Below are positions 1 through 10,285 of a stretch of 57,988 bases of DNA, in pieces. The DNA comes from Magnetococcales bacterium. Its GTDB lineage: Bacteria; Pseudomonadota; Alphaproteobacteria; UBA2136. Under the pieces are notes generated by a model. It ran no database searches, was not told the DNA's origin, and worked only from the letters and a program-made list of their open reading frames with translations. Where the stretch lies: positions 1-57,988 of the forward strand of contig NZGE01000002.1 in assembly GCA_002689455.1 (NCBI GenBank), in the 5' to 3' direction. Every line of letters begins with the position of its first letter. Within the stretch, counting starts at the first letter, position 1. The position numbers and the translations under genes are program-made.

Positions 1-11
1 AAGGGCTTTTT

Positions 12-266
12 ATGTCTAAAACTCTAAAAATGGGTGGTTTTGTTATTTCTTTGGATGTAAATGATAAACCTCAAGAGATTCATTCAGGTGATAATGTTTA
101 TAAAATTAATACGAAAAGTATGCATTACGATAAGTTACCGCTAGGGAATGAGTTTGTTTACCTGTTAAGCTGTAAAACGGTGGAAGGTTATGACTTCGAT
201 GGTGAAACTTCTTCATTTAAAAGCTGTGGCTACCTTGATTTAAAAAATAAAAATCCGGTGCATTAA
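12..266 (+). CDS. hypothetical protein (84 aa)
   Basis: Open frame followed within ~15 nt by a GC stem/T-tract terminator. No recognisable motif. Confidence 0.4.
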   Translation: MSKTLKMGGFVISLDVNDKPQEIHSGDNVYKINTKSMHYDKLPLGNEFVYLLSCKTVEGYDFDGETSSFKSCGYLDLKNKNPVH

Positions 267-277
267 TATCGAAAAAA

Positions 278-300
278 AACCCTCCTTTCGGAGGGTTTAA
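278..300 (+). terminator. rho-independent terminator
   Basis: ccctcc(280-285)-tttc-ggaggg(290-295) followed by ttt. Confidence 0.65.
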
Positions 301-490
301 TTTGTTGAGAGGATATGTTTTCTTCATTAGAGTTTTTTACTAATTAGGAGAACAAGTGTTTTTCCATCTTTAATTTAACTTATGTGTTGAATGAGTTCAA
401 GTTCTTTTTCAACTTTTTAGTTAAATAAAGAAAAAATCTTTTTATATACAAATAAAATCAATGCCTTATTTTGATTTGTACGATGTATAA

Positions 491-2116
491 CTAAAGTGTG
501 TATTTATTTGCTATTGGGTATCGCCAGTCAAGCCCAAAGGCTGTTCCATGTAATTTTAAGCCTGGCGCACCTTGGTAACGCTTGTGTTCACTTATTTTTA
601 AAAGGTGTAAAACTTCTTTAACAGTCTGCCTTTCAAATCCTTCAGCAATAATATCTTCGTGACCCATTTTATCTTCAATAGCGTGTTTTAAAATGGCATC
701 CAATATTTCATATGGCGGAAGTTTGTCACTATCTTTTTGGTTGTCACGTAGTTCTGGCGTAGGTTCTTTTTCAATTGAGTTTATTGGGATGATTTCTTTG
801 TTTTTGTTGATGTAGCGACTTAATTCATAAACTTCCGTTTTGTAAAGGTCTTTAATAATATTAAATCCGCCATTCATATCGCCATATAATGTGCAAAAAC
901 CAACAGCTATTTCGCTTTTGTTACCTGTGGTTAACAGCATTGCACCTGTATTATTAGCATAGCCCATTAATAAGGTTCCCCTTGCACGTGCTTGTAAGTT
1001 TTCAAGAGTGATACTTTCAAGTTGACCTGTACTGCGTAGTGTTTCTTCTAAGGCTGATACTGTTTTTTCAATGGATAATGTATGTGTTTTAATACCAAGG
1101 TTTTGTGCTAGGTCTAGTGCATCTTTGTTGGAATGGGCACTGGTATGTTTTGAAGGTAGTAATATGCCAGTTACATTTTCAGCACCTAAAACATGTGTTG
1201 CGATAGTGGCTGTTAATGCGCTGTCAATGCCACCTGAAAGACCAAGTACGACTTTTTTAAACCCACATTTTTGCATGTAGTCGTTAAAGCCTAAGCACAA
1301 TCCTTTGTAAATATTGTTTATATGTTTTAAAGGTTTTGAAGATTTTTCATTTTTGAAGATATAGCCAGTTCCATCATTATTTTTTATAAGCTGAATAATA
1401 CGAGATTCTTCTTTCCAAGCGCTGAATTTATTCGATGCATCTTCGTTTGGATTGATTGTAAAGGTTCTGCCATCAAACAGAATTTCATCTTGTCCACCTA
1501 CAATATTGTTATATAAAATGGGTAAACCTGTTTCTTTTACACGCTGTTTACAAAATTCAATGCGGAAATCTTCCTTACCTAAAGCATAAGGTGAGCCATT
1601 TATGGAAAGTAGGGCGTTTGCACCATCTTTTTTGAGTGATTCGGCTACTTCAGGCCACCATGTGTCGTGGCAAATAAGAAGACCAATTTTTAGACCGTTA
1701 ATAGATATTGTTTTATTGTTATGACCTGCTTCAAATATGCGCTTTTCGTCCATAACGCTAAAATTAGGGAGGCATTGTTTATATATAATTTGTTTTATTT
1801 CTTGGTTTTGAATGAATAGCGCTGCGTTATATGTTTTTTTGTTGTGTATCCAAGGGGTGTTTAAAATAAGGGCTGTGTTGCCAATAAATGGAATGATATT
1901 GGACATGATTTCATCTTGTAAATCCTTTAAAAACTGTGGTCTTAAAACAAGGTCGGCAGGTGTATAACCGCATAAAGAGGCTTCAGGTAAAAGGCATAGA
2001 TCTGCTTGTTTATTTAAAGCGTTGTTGTAATGGTTTAAAATAAGCTTTCTGTTGCCAGATATATCGCCAACAGTAGGGTTTATTTGTGCAGTATAAATTT
2101 GTAAAGCCGTGGACAT
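491..2116 (-). CDS. nadE: glutamine-dependent NAD+ synthetase
   Basis: 541 aa. N-terminal nitrilase/CN-hydrolase-like half (LLICHDTWWPE). C-terminal NAD synthetase half with the SGGIDS ATP-pyrophosphatase motif. Confidence 0.9.
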   Translation of the reverse strand: MSTALQIYTAQINPTVGDISGNRKLILNHYNNALNKQADLCLLPEASLCGYTPADLVLRPQFLKDLQDEIMSNIIPFIGNTALILNTPWIHNKKTYNAALFIQNQEIKQIIYKQCLPNFSVMDEKRIFEAGHNNKTISINGLKIGLLICHDTWWPEVAESLKKDGANALLSINGSPYALGKEDFRIEFCKQRVKETGLPILYNNIVGGQDEILFDGRTFTINPNEDASNKFSAWKEESRIIQLIKNNDGTGYIFKNEKSSKPLKHINNIYKGLCLGFNDYMQKCGFKKVVLGLSGGIDSALTATIATHVLGAENVTGILLPSKHTSAHSNKDALDLAQNLGIKTHTLSIEKTVSALEETLRSTGQLESITLENLQARARGTLLMGYANNTGAMLLTTGNKSEIAVGFCTLYGDMNGGFNIIKDLYKTEVYELSRYINKNKEIIPINSIEKEPTPELRDNQKDSDKLPPYEILDAILKHAIEDKMGHEDIIAEGFERQTVKEVLHLLKISEHKRYQGAPGLKLHGTAFGLDWRYPIANKYTL

Positions 2117-2259
2117 ATGTGTTTCCTTGTTTTTAACAACCTTATTATAACTAAATTAAAGATCTTCGCACATGAATTTAGTGATTTTCCTATCGATGAA
2201 TTGTATATTTTTAAAATATATGCAATAACCTTTTGCAATGATTGATAAAGGAATGATTT

Positions 2260-3012
2260 ATGAGCTTACCGTGTGAATATGTGGACCCTTTTAAGGAAGA
2301 TGACCCAAACCTTTGGGTTAAGATTGAACATTTGGGTCGATACATGTTGGCACGTGACTTATTGGCAGAGAAGGGGTCAAAACTTCATTTGGACTTGGGT
2401 TGTGCAACGGGTTATGGGTTGCGTGAAATGGAAGGTGTTGTAACGAAATCGCTGGGTATGGATTATGATGCAGATGCCCTAAAAATTGCCGAGTCTCGTT
2501 TGGAAAAGTCTAAATTAATACATATTGACTTGGATAATGAGAAGGTGACCAGCCACCTTAGGGAAGGCAGTGTAACTTCTGTTACAGCTTTTGAATTTAT
2601 GGAACATTTAGATGTTGTTGAAAATTTAATTGATGATTTGCATAAAGTAATGGCTAAAGGCGGTAAACTGATTGCTTCAGTTCCGAACCACGTATTTGAA
2701 AAAGTGGGTGAAAATGGAAACCCTATGAACCCTCACCACGACCGTATATTTAAAGAGGGTGAGTTTAAAGAAATACTGGAGCAACGTGGTTTTAAGGTTG
2801 AAAAAATACTGGGCCAACCGTTGGTGGGTGATTTGCCCTTGAAAGAGAAAAAGCTAACTAAAAAGAAAATTATTAGCCAAAAGCCTTCAAGGCTACCAGT
2901 TATGCAAACGGCAGATGTTGTTCGTGCTTTTGCTTATATGTTTGCTTACCCTGAGGAAAGTATGGAAATTCATAAAAGTTATGCTTATACTTTTGTGGCA
3001 ACGGCAGTTTAA
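2260..3012 (+). CDS. class I SAM-dependent methyltransferase
   Basis: Motif I LDLGCATGYG and downstream FEFMEHL / GGKLI motifs typical of the Rossmann-fold methyltransferases. Substrate unknown. Confidence 0.7.
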   Translation: MSLPCEYVDPFKEDDPNLWVKIEHLGRYMLARDLLAEKGSKLHLDLGCATGYGLREMEGVVTKSLGMDYDADALKIAESRLEKSKLIHIDLDNEKVTSHLREGSVTSVTAFEFMEHLDVVENLIDDLHKVMAKGGKLIASVPNHVFEKVGENGNPMNPHHDRIFKEGEFKEILEQRGFKVEKILGQPLVGDLPLKEKKLTKKKIISQKPSRLPVMQTADVVRAFAYMFAYPEESMEIHKSYAYTFVATAV

Positions 3013-3032
3013 AATTTAAGAAAGTAAAATTT

Positions 3033-3254
3033 ATGACAATTGAAAGTGCATTAGAAGCGATTTATACAAGCCTAGAAAATGATAACAAAGGCATTGATGA
3101 GTCGATTGAAAACTTAAAAGCTGAAATGAAAGCAGCTGAAATGGCTGAAGTTGAAATTGAAAATGAAAAGTTACCTGTTCCTAACCGTGTTGGACGTAAC
3201 ATGCTTAAAAGTTATTTTAAAAAACGTGGTGTAAAGGTTTCATTTAAACTTTAG
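3033..3254 (+). CDS. hypothetical acidic protein (73 aa)
   Basis: Starts 20 nt after the methyltransferase stop and is followed by a terminator. No known motif. Confidence 0.45.
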   Translation: MTIESALEAIYTSLENDNKGIDESIENLKAEMKAAEMAEVEIENEKLPVPNRVGRNMLKSYFKKRGVKVSFKL

Positions 3255-3271
3255 TGTTAAAGCACCTACTC

Positions 3272-3305
3272 AAGGCTCTTTACCAATGGTGGGAGCCTTT
3301 TTTAT
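3272..3305 (+). terminator. rho-independent terminator
   Basis: aaggctc(3272-3278) pairs with gagcctt(3293-3299), then a T-run. Confidence 0.55.
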
Positions 3306-3388
3306 ACCTTGCATTTTAAGGTTTGTTTTTTTACACTAATTAAAGTATTGATTTTTAATTTCCTTTTATATATTGCGAGGTATGCCTT

Positions 3389-3841
3389 ATGCATATGTTA
3401 GCAGTTCTGATTATGTTTGGTTTTGTGGCCATATTTATGTGGTTTCAAATCCAAGAAAATACCAAGGAATATTACGATAATTTACGCCGTGAAAAAGAAA
3501 TGAAGCTTGCCGAAGATGAGCGATTAGAGCGTGTGCGTAAGCGCAATATTCTGTATAAAAATTTAATGAATGTTCGTGTGAACCCTGAAAAGGATTACCC
3601 TTCGGAGTTGACGGACCGATCTGTTATTTTGTTTTTAGCACAAAAAAGGCTTCAAAAATCGGAATGTCAAAGTAGTTTTGATATGCGATGGCTACCTGTT
3701 ATTCGTGGTTACATTGAATATAAAGATGTTTTAAACCCAACAAAGACATCTAAAAAGCTGTTGGAAAGAGCTTTGCTGGATTACAAAGAAACTTCTTTTT
3801 CGTATAACTCTATTCAATGGGCATTAAATGGCTATCCCTAA
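3389..3841 (+). CDS. hypothetical membrane-anchored protein (150 aa)
   Basis: N-terminal hydrophobic helix LAVLIMFGFVAIFMWF, then a charged coiled region. No known motif. Confidence 0.5.
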   Translation: MHMLAVLIMFGFVAIFMWFQIQENTKEYYDNLRREKEMKLAEDERLERVRKRNILYKNLMNVRVNPEKDYPSELTDRSVILFLAQKRLQKSECQSSFDMRWLPVIRGYIEYKDVLNPTKTSKKLLERALLDYKETSFSYNSIQWALNGYP

Positions 3842-3851
3842 TTATCGAAGT

Positions 3852-3880
3852 AAAAAACCCGCCGAAAGCGGGTTTTTTTT
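3852..3880. terminator. bidirectional rho-independent terminator
   Basis: A-run, cccgc-cgaaa-gcggg, T-run. Lies between convergent genes (3389..3841 + and petC -). Confidence 0.7.
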
Positions 3881-3893
3881 GAATCAGAATATA

Positions 3894-4613
3894 TTATTCT
3901 GTATCTTTTCTTTTAATGTCACTCCAAATACGTTTCTTCGTGAAGTATAGAAGAATTGCAAGGATGAAGACATAAAGCAGTACATAAACACCCAATTGCT
4001 GGCGTGTTGTAAGTTCTGGTTCAGCAGTCCACTGCATGAAGTAAGCAACATCAGACGCCATTTGCTTCACAGTAGCATTCGTGCCGTCAAAGTAGTCAAC
4101 CTGACCTTCTGCTAATGGTGCAGGCATGGCAATAACATGTCCTGGGAAGTATTCATTGTAACTTCCAGTATCAGGCAGGTTAAAGCCTTCAGGCGCTTCC
4201 TTATAGCCAGTTAAAAGAGCATACGTATAGTCTGCTCCACCTGGGCGTGCTTTGTTCATAACTGAAAGGTCAGGTAATGCTTTTGCATAGGCTGCAATAG
4301 CATCTTCATCGCTTAAAGCCGACTTGAAAGTATCCATTACGGACATTTCCATTTCTTCAGCTAGTTTTTTAACTTCAGCTTCTGTGAAGCCCACTTTCAT
4401 GAGGTCGCGGTGCTTAATGTATTTAAAGCCATGGCAAGACATACAAACCTGCGTTGCTACTTGGTAACCACGGTAAATTTTGTCTTTTTCCCAATCCGCT
4501 TTTACGCTTTGGAAACTCCAAGGTTGTTTTGGCAATTCCACACTCCCACCAGCCGCAAGTGCCGATGTTGAAACAAGCGTTAGAACTGTTAAAAGAGAAA
4601 GTAATTTTTTCAT
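3894..4613 (-). CDS. petC: cytochrome c1 (bc1 complex)
   Basis: Signal peptide, CMSCHG heme c site, C-terminal TM anchor LGVYVLLYVFILAILLYF. Third gene after petA and petB. Confidence 0.85.
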   Translation of the reverse strand: MKKLLSLLTVLTLVSTSALAAGGSVELPKQPWSFQSVKADWEKDKIYRGYQVATQVCMSCHGFKYIKHRDLMKVGFTEAEVKKLAEEMEMSVMDTFKSALSDEDAIAAYAKALPDLSVMNKARPGGADYTYALLTGYKEAPEGFNLPDTGSYNEYFPGHVIAMPAPLAEGQVDYFDGTNATVKQMASDVAYFMQWTAEPELTTRQQLGVYVLLYVFILAILLYFTKKRIWSDIKRKDTE

Positions 4614-4630
4614 TTTCTTTTTATCCTTTC

Positions 4631-5854
4631 TTAAATGCTTGTTGGCAGTGGTTTTGTTTTTTCAATCTTCGCAATCCAAGGGAGCGCAAGGAAGAAACCA
4701 AAGTAAAGTGCTGTGGCAACTTGCGACATAGCCGTATAAGGCTGTTCCGCAGGTTTAGCACCTAACCATCCAAGGAAGAAGAAGTTTGCGATAAATGCCC
4801 AGAACATAACTTTGTAAATTGGGCGGAAACGTGCACTTCTTACTTTAGATTTATCTAATATTGGTAAGATAAATAAAATAGCAATTGAAGAAACCATCGC
4901 AATAACACCAAGTAACTTACTATCTAAAAATAGAATGTTAAAGTTGATGGCACGTAAAATTGCATAAAATGGCAGGAAGTACCATTCAGGCACAATGTGT
5001 GCTGGTGTTGTCATTGGGTCTGCTGGAATATAGTTATCTGTATGTCCTAAGTAATCAGGCATATAAAATACCATGAAGAGGAAAGGTAGCATATAAACAG
5101 CTAGGCCAAATGTATCCTTAATTGTGTAGTAAGGGTGGAAAGGTACAAAATCTGTATCCTTTTTAAGATCAATACCTGTTGGGTTGTTCGACTTTACTTT
5201 ACGGTTGTGTAGTGCCCAAAGGTGTAGGAATACTACGCCTAAAATCACAAACGGTAATAGGAAGTGAAGGGAGTAAAAACGTGTAAGCGTTGCATCGTTT
5301 ACGCCGTAACCACCCCAAAGCCAAATTACGATGTCATCACCAACAAGTGGAATAACAGAGATAAGGTTTGTAATAACTTGTGCACCCCAGAAGGACATTT
5401 GCCCCCAAGGTAATACATAGCCAAGGAACGCTGTTGCCATCATAAGGAAGAAGATAAGGACTCCCATACCCCATAAAATTTCACGAGGTGACTTATACGA
5501 ACCGTAATAAAGACCACGCCCGATGTGAATATAAACGACAATAAAGAAGAAGCTGGCGCCTACCATGTGCAGGTTACGAATGAGCCAGCCCCAGTTTACA
5601 TCACGCATGATGTGTTGAATACTGTCAAAAGCAAGACCTGCATCTGCTTTATAGTGCATTGTTAGAAAGAAACCAGTTAAAATTTGCAAAATAAGTGCAA
5701 TACCAGCCAGTGAGCCGAAGTTCCAAGCGTAGTTCAGGTTTTTAGGTGCTGGATAATCTACCAATTCAGCTTTCATAAAGCTGATAAGGGGTAGACGGTC
5801 TTCAAACCATTCTAATTTTGAAGAAGGGTTTGGGTTAACTTGTTGTTTAGCCAT
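4631..5854 (-). CDS. petB: cytochrome b (bc1 complex)
   Basis: 407 aa polytopic protein with WNFGSL and [13 protein letters not shown] signatures of cytochrome b. Confidence 0.95.
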   Translation of the reverse strand: MAKQQVNPNPSSKLEWFEDRLPLISFMKAELVDYPAPKNLNYAWNFGSLAGIALILQILTGFFLTMHYKADAGLAFDSIQHIMRDVNWGWLIRNLHMVGASFFFIVVYIHIGRGLYYGSYKSPREILWGMGVLIFFLMMATAFLGYVLPWGQMSFWGAQVITNLISVIPLVGDDIVIWLWGGYGVNDATLTRFYSLHFLLPFVILGVVFLHLWALHNRKVKSNNPTGIDLKKDTDFVPFHPYYTIKDTFGLAVYMLPFLFMVFYMPDYLGHTDNYIPADPMTTPAHIVPEWYFLPFYAILRAINFNILFLDSKLLGVIAMVSSIAILFILPILDKSKVRSARFRPIYKVMFWAFIANFFFLGWLGAKPAEQPYTAMSQVATALYFGFFLALPWIAKIEKTKPLPTSI

Positions 5855-5868
5855 GAATAAATCCCCCT

Positions 5869-6393
5869 TTAACCAATTTTAATTGTGTTGTCGTCAAGAA
5901 ATTCGTAAGGAGGAATTTCTAAGTTTTTAGGTGCCGGGCCTTTTACTACACGACCAGATACGTCAAATTGTGAACCATGGCAAGGGCATGCCCAGTTTTC
6001 TGTGCTGCCGTCAATTGGCACGCAACCAAGGTGTGTGCAGTGTGCAATTGTAACCAACCATTCTGGTTTTTTAACACGCTCAGCATCTGTTTGCGGGTCA
6101 ATAGAAACTGTTTTGTCACCAGCTGCTGCAAGTGCAATTTCCGACTGTGTGCGGTGTTTAACAAAAACCGCTTTGCCACGCCAAATCACTTTTTTAGTAT
6201 CGCCTTCAGCAATTTCTGATAGGTCAACTTCGGTGTATTTTTGGGCTTCCACTTTAGCGGAAGGGCTCATGCTTTTGATGAATGGGTAACAAGCGCATGC
6301 TGCACCAGCTGCACCAAAAGCTTTCGTTGTACCAGACAAAAAGTCACGCTTGCCGTGGTCAACTACATCTTTTTTAGAAACTTTTTCGGCCAT
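5869..6393 (-). CDS. petA: ubiquinol-cytochrome c reductase Rieske iron-sulfur subunit
   Basis: Rieske boxes CTHLGC and CPCHGS. First gene of the petABC operon. Confidence 0.95.
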   Translation of the reverse strand: MAEKVSKKDVVDHGKRDFLSGTTKAFGAAGAACACYPFIKSMSPSAKVEAQKYTEVDLSEIAEGDTKKVIWRGKAVFVKHRTQSEIALAAAGDKTVSIDPQTDAERVKKPEWLVTIAHCTHLGCVPIDGSTENWACPCHGSQFDVSGRVVKGPAPKNLEIPPYEFLDDNTIKIG

Positions 6394-6521
6394 AATTTTG
6401 AAAATCTCTTAACTTAAGTTTTTATTTTTACAAATTTGCTCGCTCAATATAACGCAATTTGTGACGCTTTGCAAAAAAATACCTCACAATGTTTATGGGT
6501 TTTCTGTTGTGGTTGTTGATG

Positions 6522-6550
6522 GAGAAAAAGCCTTCTGAAAAGAAGGCTTT
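6522..6550 (-). terminator. rho-independent terminator downstream of fliW
   Basis: aagccttct-gaaa-agaaggctt hairpin (6528-6549). The A-run on + gives a T-tract on the minus strand. Confidence 0.65.
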
Positions 6551-6614
6551 AGTTGCACCGCTTGTGCAGCATATTTGAGTTTTTGCTTGTTAACGTTAAG
6601 TTACAGGTCTCAGC

Positions 6615-7085
6615 TTAAAGCTTGTGCTGAGTTGTGTAATTTTTGTTAGCCAAGATGTGCTGACGAGCTTGTCTTGAGCGGCTGTCAATAAGAAGGGGCG
6701 CGCGCAAGTTGGCTGTTAAATAGTAAGAGTCTTCTTGGTCATACATTGTTAAAATAACAAGTGTTTGAACATTCTCTTTTGTCATTTGACATTCTTTAAC
6801 AGCTTTTGAAAGGTCTTCGTCTTGAATTTCAAGGCCGATAGATTTTGGGTCGGCTACAAGAAATGCTATTTCAGGTTCATTGACGCACTGAAGTAGCAAA
6901 ATTGGCGATTCGTCTGCATTTGGAATGCGAGAAAGACCAAAGGTTGTACAGCCAGTGAAGCCTAAAAGGCCGTTTTTAAATGTGATAAGGCGATCTTCAC
7001 GTAGAGCAACTTCACCAAAACGTGTGTTGTATGTTAAAGCCTTTTCTACAGGGATCGTTTGTTCTGCAAGTGTTGTTTGTTGCAT
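6615..7085 (-). CDS. fliW: flagellar assembly factor FliW (CsrA antagonist)
   Basis: 156 aa. FKNGLLGF and LLLQ..NEPEIAFLVADP resemble the FliW family. Starts 4 nt after csrA. Confidence 0.8.
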   Translation of the reverse strand: MQQTTLAEQTIPVEKALTYNTRFGEVALREDRLITFKNGLLGFTGCTTFGLSRIPNADESPILLLQCVNEPEIAFLVADPKSIGLEIQDEDLSKAVKECQMTKENVQTLVILTMYDQEDSYYLTANLRAPLLIDSRSRQARQHILANKNYTTQHKL

Positions 7086-7089
7086 AAGC

Positions 7090-7320
7090 TTACTCCTTGT
7101 TTTTTATGCTGCTTAGCAATTTGGAAATATCTCCACTGTTGCTGGCGGCGGTTTGGTTCTCTTCTTGAATTTTCAAGTAGAGCTCTTTACGGTAAACAGT
7201 GTTGCCTTCAGGGTATTCAAACCCTAATTTTACACGTCCACCGCGTACTTCCACAATTGTAACCTCGATATTATCGTTGATCACAATCGATTCGTTGGTT
7301 CGCCTTGTTATAAGGAGCAT
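7090..7320 (-). CDS. csrA: carbon storage regulator CsrA (FliW-partnered type)
   Basis: MLLITRRTNESIVINDNIEVTIVEV..GRVKLGFEYP..TVYRKELY matches the CsrA fold signature. Long C-terminal tail, as in FliW-binding CsrA proteins. Confidence 0.9.
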   Translation of the reverse strand: MLLITRRTNESIVINDNIEVTIVEVRGGRVKLGFEYPEGNTVYRKELYLKIQEENQTAASNSGDISKLLSSIKNKE

Positions 7321-7430
7321 TTTGCTTTTCCGTTTTCTTTTTTCACTTTTTGAACAATGTCTAACCTTTTTACCAAATAAATGGTGTTGGTGCTAGCTTT
7401 AGTTCATCAGCTCCTTATATTCTCGTCTTT

Positions 7431-8342
7431 TTACAGGAAGTCGAGAAGCGATAACTGGTTTACTCGGTTAATAACAGCAAGTGAAGCCTCGAGGGTTGTT
7501 TGCTCTTGTGTGAAGCGGCTCATAGCTTCTGCGATATCAACTTTTTCAATTTCGTCTACTTGTTCTGTTAAGAACAAGTTTGTGTTTTCGTGCCTTGCTG
7601 AAAGGAGGTCGAATGAAGATTGCTGACCGCCCACTTCACCAATAAGGCCTGAAATTTCTGTTTGTGCTTGGTTTAAAAGGTCAATCGCTGCATCAATATC
7701 ACTTTCAGAGTTATTTTCTAAGCCATACCATAAAGCTTCCAAGCCGGCTTTCATGTTTGCAAAAGCATCGTCATCACCTGTTAAACCATACTCTTCAGTT
7801 ACGCCAATGGCTGTGATAACCACCATTTTTTGGCTGTCACCATTGTAATATGTGTTTGGTGCAGGGATTGTTGCTGGTGCTGTTGTTGCAGTTGCTGAAG
7901 TTGTAAGTGGTGGTCTGTCACCAGCGGCACCGCTAAACACGTATCGGCCATCGTATTTTGTTTTAAATAAAGAATAGAATGTTTCAGCTAAACCTTCAGC
8001 TTTAGGGGCAAGGTTGGCACGTACTTCTGCGGTGTTTTCATTACGGCCAAGGGTCCATAAGTTTGCTGCTTCAACAATAAGGTCATTCATACCTGAAAGG
8101 GCGTTTTCAGTTGCTAACAGGCGTGAATTGACGGTTTCCATGTTTGAAATGAACTGGTCGTTTACATTACGAAGGTCTTGTAGGTTTAACAGTTGTCCTG
8201 CTTGAGCTGCGATATCTTCAAATCGTTCAGCAACAAGGCCAGATGTAACCTGATAGGTTGTTTTAGCAAGGGCAGCATTGGCTGTTTGCATTCTATCAAT
8301 GGCGTTTCTGTTAAAGCTAGCGGTTGCAACACGTGAGTTCAT
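7431..8342 (-). CDS. flgL: flagellar hook-associated protein 3 (FlgL)
   Basis: Flagellin-like N- and C-terminal helical segments. Located immediately downstream of flgK. Confidence 0.75.
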   Translation of the reverse strand: MNSRVATASFNRNAIDRMQTANAALAKTTYQVTSGLVAERFEDIAAQAGQLLNLQDLRNVNDQFISNMETVNSRLLATENALSGMNDLIVEAANLWTLGRNENTAEVRANLAPKAEGLAETFYSLFKTKYDGRYVFSGAAGDRPPLTTSATATTAPATIPAPNTYYNGDSQKMVVITAIGVTEEYGLTGDDDAFANMKAGLEALWYGLENNSESDIDAAIDLLNQAQTEISGLIGEVGGQQSSFDLLSARHENTNLFLTEQVDEIEKVDIAEAMSRFTQEQTTLEASLAVINRVNQLSLLDFL

Positions 8343-8356
8343 AATGCCTTACCTCC

Positions 8357-10168
8357 TTATACAATGTTAACCAAAGTTTGAAGTAGTTCGTCTACAACAC
8401 TTACAATACGTGCTGATGCTTGATAACTTCTTTGGTAGATTAATAAATTCGAAAGTTCCTCATCCAAGTTTACGCCTGAAGTAGCTGAAAAACGTGATTC
8501 CATGTCTTCTAAAATAACATTTTGGAAATCAAGTGCAGATGTACTGTCATCTAAGCGAATGGCAAGGTTACTTGAAATGTTAATGAAGTATTGCGATAAA
8601 CTTTGGCTTTGCGAAGCTAAGTTACCTGCAGCTGCAAATGTAACAGGGGATTCGGCAAGTTGTGCTAGTTCAATCATATTGCGGTTATCTTGGAATGATA
8701 TACCACCGTCTGTTTCGCGCATGCGTGCAGAAGCAATGCGGGCAGGGTCGGCTAAAATATCGCTACGAATATCCATATCAGTTGCATCTTCACCTGTGAA
8801 GAAGTTGTTCATACCAAGCTCGCCGGCAACATTACCAACGTTATTTCTAAATACAACGCCATAGTTTGCATTATTGGCTGTTACTTGTAACTGTTCGTTT
8901 CCGTCTCCATCAATAATAACGGCAGCTGTAATGTCGCCACCAATGTCAGGGTTACCATTAATTGACGCAGCAATATCAGCAAGGGTTGTTGGAGACGCTG
9001 TAATCGCAATAGAGCCGGCACCTCCACCTGCTGTAAGTGTTGTGGTGATTGGGGTGCCTGTTGCAATATCTACAATTGAAATATCAAAGCTGTCGCCTAC
9101 GCTAATGGCAAGCTCGGATGTTACATCGGCGCCAAAACCTGAGAGCTCATTACCATTGCCAGATGTTAATTGGTTAAGAGGCGGTACACTTGTACCTTGG
9201 CTATGAATGCGGTTGAAGCTATCAATCATGGTCGAAGCAAGGTTGTTAACCTCAGCTAAAAGATTGGTCATTTCATCGTCGCGAATATCAATTAAACCTT
9301 TGATGCCGCCAGTTGTCATACGGCTTTCAACGAGAGGGAAAACAGTTGCACCAGGGTTTCCGTCAGACCCAACAGGTCTTACGCCAATGCTTTGAAAAAC
9401 AGAAGGTGCGACAGGGGCCGTACGTTCTACTTGAACGTAACTTGTATCTACAAGTTTACGACCTGTTTCAGTTGAAATAGATGCACGGTTTAAGCTGTCA
9501 TAAATAACGTTAATACCAAGGTGTTTTGAAATAACACCAATTTGGCGTTGGCGTTCATCTAATAGGTCATTCGCATTGGCCGCACCAGAACTGTTTACGC
9601 CTAATGTAACAATTTCATTGTTTAGGTCATAAATCTTTTTAATCGCTTCGTTGACTTCGTCAATAGATTGATCAATTTGTGCATCGGCACGTTGTTGCGC
9701 TGTTTGTAGTTCAGTGGCAATACCTGTGATGGATTGCACAACGAACTCGGCATTTTTAACAGCATTTAATTGCAGTGATGTAGAGTCTGGTGCGTTTGCA
9801 AGTGTTGATAAGTCATTAAAGAATTGGCTCATTACTTTTTCTGTGCTTGTTGCAGAGCCAGGGGTCCCGAAAATAACTTCAATGTTATCAAAAAAGTTAC
9901 TTTGCGTTTGGTTGTAGCCAACTGCACTTGTTTGACCAATGATACGGTTTGCTAGAAATTTGTCTGTAACTTGACGGATTTCAATAATGTTAACACCGCC
10001 ACCATATCCACCGAGAGCGACGTTACCATTAATAACTTGTTGACGTACATAACCATCAGTATTGACGTTAGAGATGTTGTGAGAGACCGTGCTAAGAGTG
10101 GTTTGCGTTGTTTGCAAAGCGCTTAGTGCGATGTTTAGTGTGGAGTTTAATGTTGGTGCACTACTCAT
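8357..10168 (-). CDS. flgK: flagellar hook-associated protein 1 (FlgK)
   Basis: N-terminal SHNISNVNTDGYVRQ and C-terminal LSNLLIYQRSYQASARIV motifs typical of FlgK. Confidence 0.85.
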   Translation of the reverse strand: MSSAPTLNSTLNIALSALQTTQTTLSTVSHNISNVNTDGYVRQQVINGNVALGGYGGGVNIIEIRQVTDKFLANRIIGQTSAVGYNQTQSNFFDNIEVIFGTPGSATSTEKVMSQFFNDLSTLANAPDSTSLQLNAVKNAEFVVQSITGIATELQTAQQRADAQIDQSIDEVNEAIKKIYDLNNEIVTLGVNSSGAANANDLLDERQRQIGVISKHLGINVIYDSLNRASISTETGRKLVDTSYVQVERTAPVAPSVFQSIGVRPVGSDGNPGATVFPLVESRMTTGGIKGLIDIRDDEMTNLLAEVNNLASTMIDSFNRIHSQGTSVPPLNQLTSGNGNELSGFGADVTSELAISVGDSFDISIVDIATGTPITTTLTAGGGAGSIAITASPTTLADIAASINGNPDIGGDITAAVIIDGDGNEQLQVTANNANYGVVFRNNVGNVAGELGMNNFFTGEDATDMDIRSDILADPARIASARMRETDGGISFQDNRNMIELAQLAESPVTFAAAGNLASQSQSLSQYFINISSNLAIRLDDSTSALDFQNVILEDMESRFSATSGVNLDEELSNLLIYQRSYQASARIVSVVDELLQTLVNIV

Positions 10169-10217
10169 AGCATTCGCCTTTCTGTTGGTTATATTTTACG
10201 TTTCTATTCTTTGTATA

Positions 10218-10233
10218 AGCAAAGGGTGTGCCA
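10218..10233 (-). promoter_or_regulatory. sigma54 (-24/-12) promoter for flgK-flgL(-csrA-fliW)
   Basis: The minus strand reads TGGCAC-ACCCT-TTGCT, an exact fit to TGGCAC-N5-TTGCW, about 50 nt upstream of the flgK ATG. Confidence 0.65.
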
Positions 10234-10238
10234 AAACT

Positions 10239-10266
10239 AAAAGCCACCTTTAAAAAAGTGGCTTTT
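10239..10266 (-). terminator. rho-independent terminator after the flgN-like gene
   Basis: aaaagccac(10239-10247) pairs with gtggctttt(10258-10266). The minus strand continues TAGTTTT. Abuts the sigma54 promoter. Confidence 0.55.
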
Positions 10267-10285
10267 GTGGGAGGGGAAAGAGATA

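Noticed and set aside
4454-4765. Overlapping plus-strand ORFs (103 aa, 83 aa) across the petC/petB junction
   Set aside because: They are antisense to two strongly supported bc1 genes, with no independent signals.
8502-9206. Plus-strand ORFs of 120 aa and 110 aa (plus a 61-aa minus ORF in another frame)
   Set aside because: They sit inside flgK. Their low-complexity Ser/Ala/Pro translations mirror the flgK frame.
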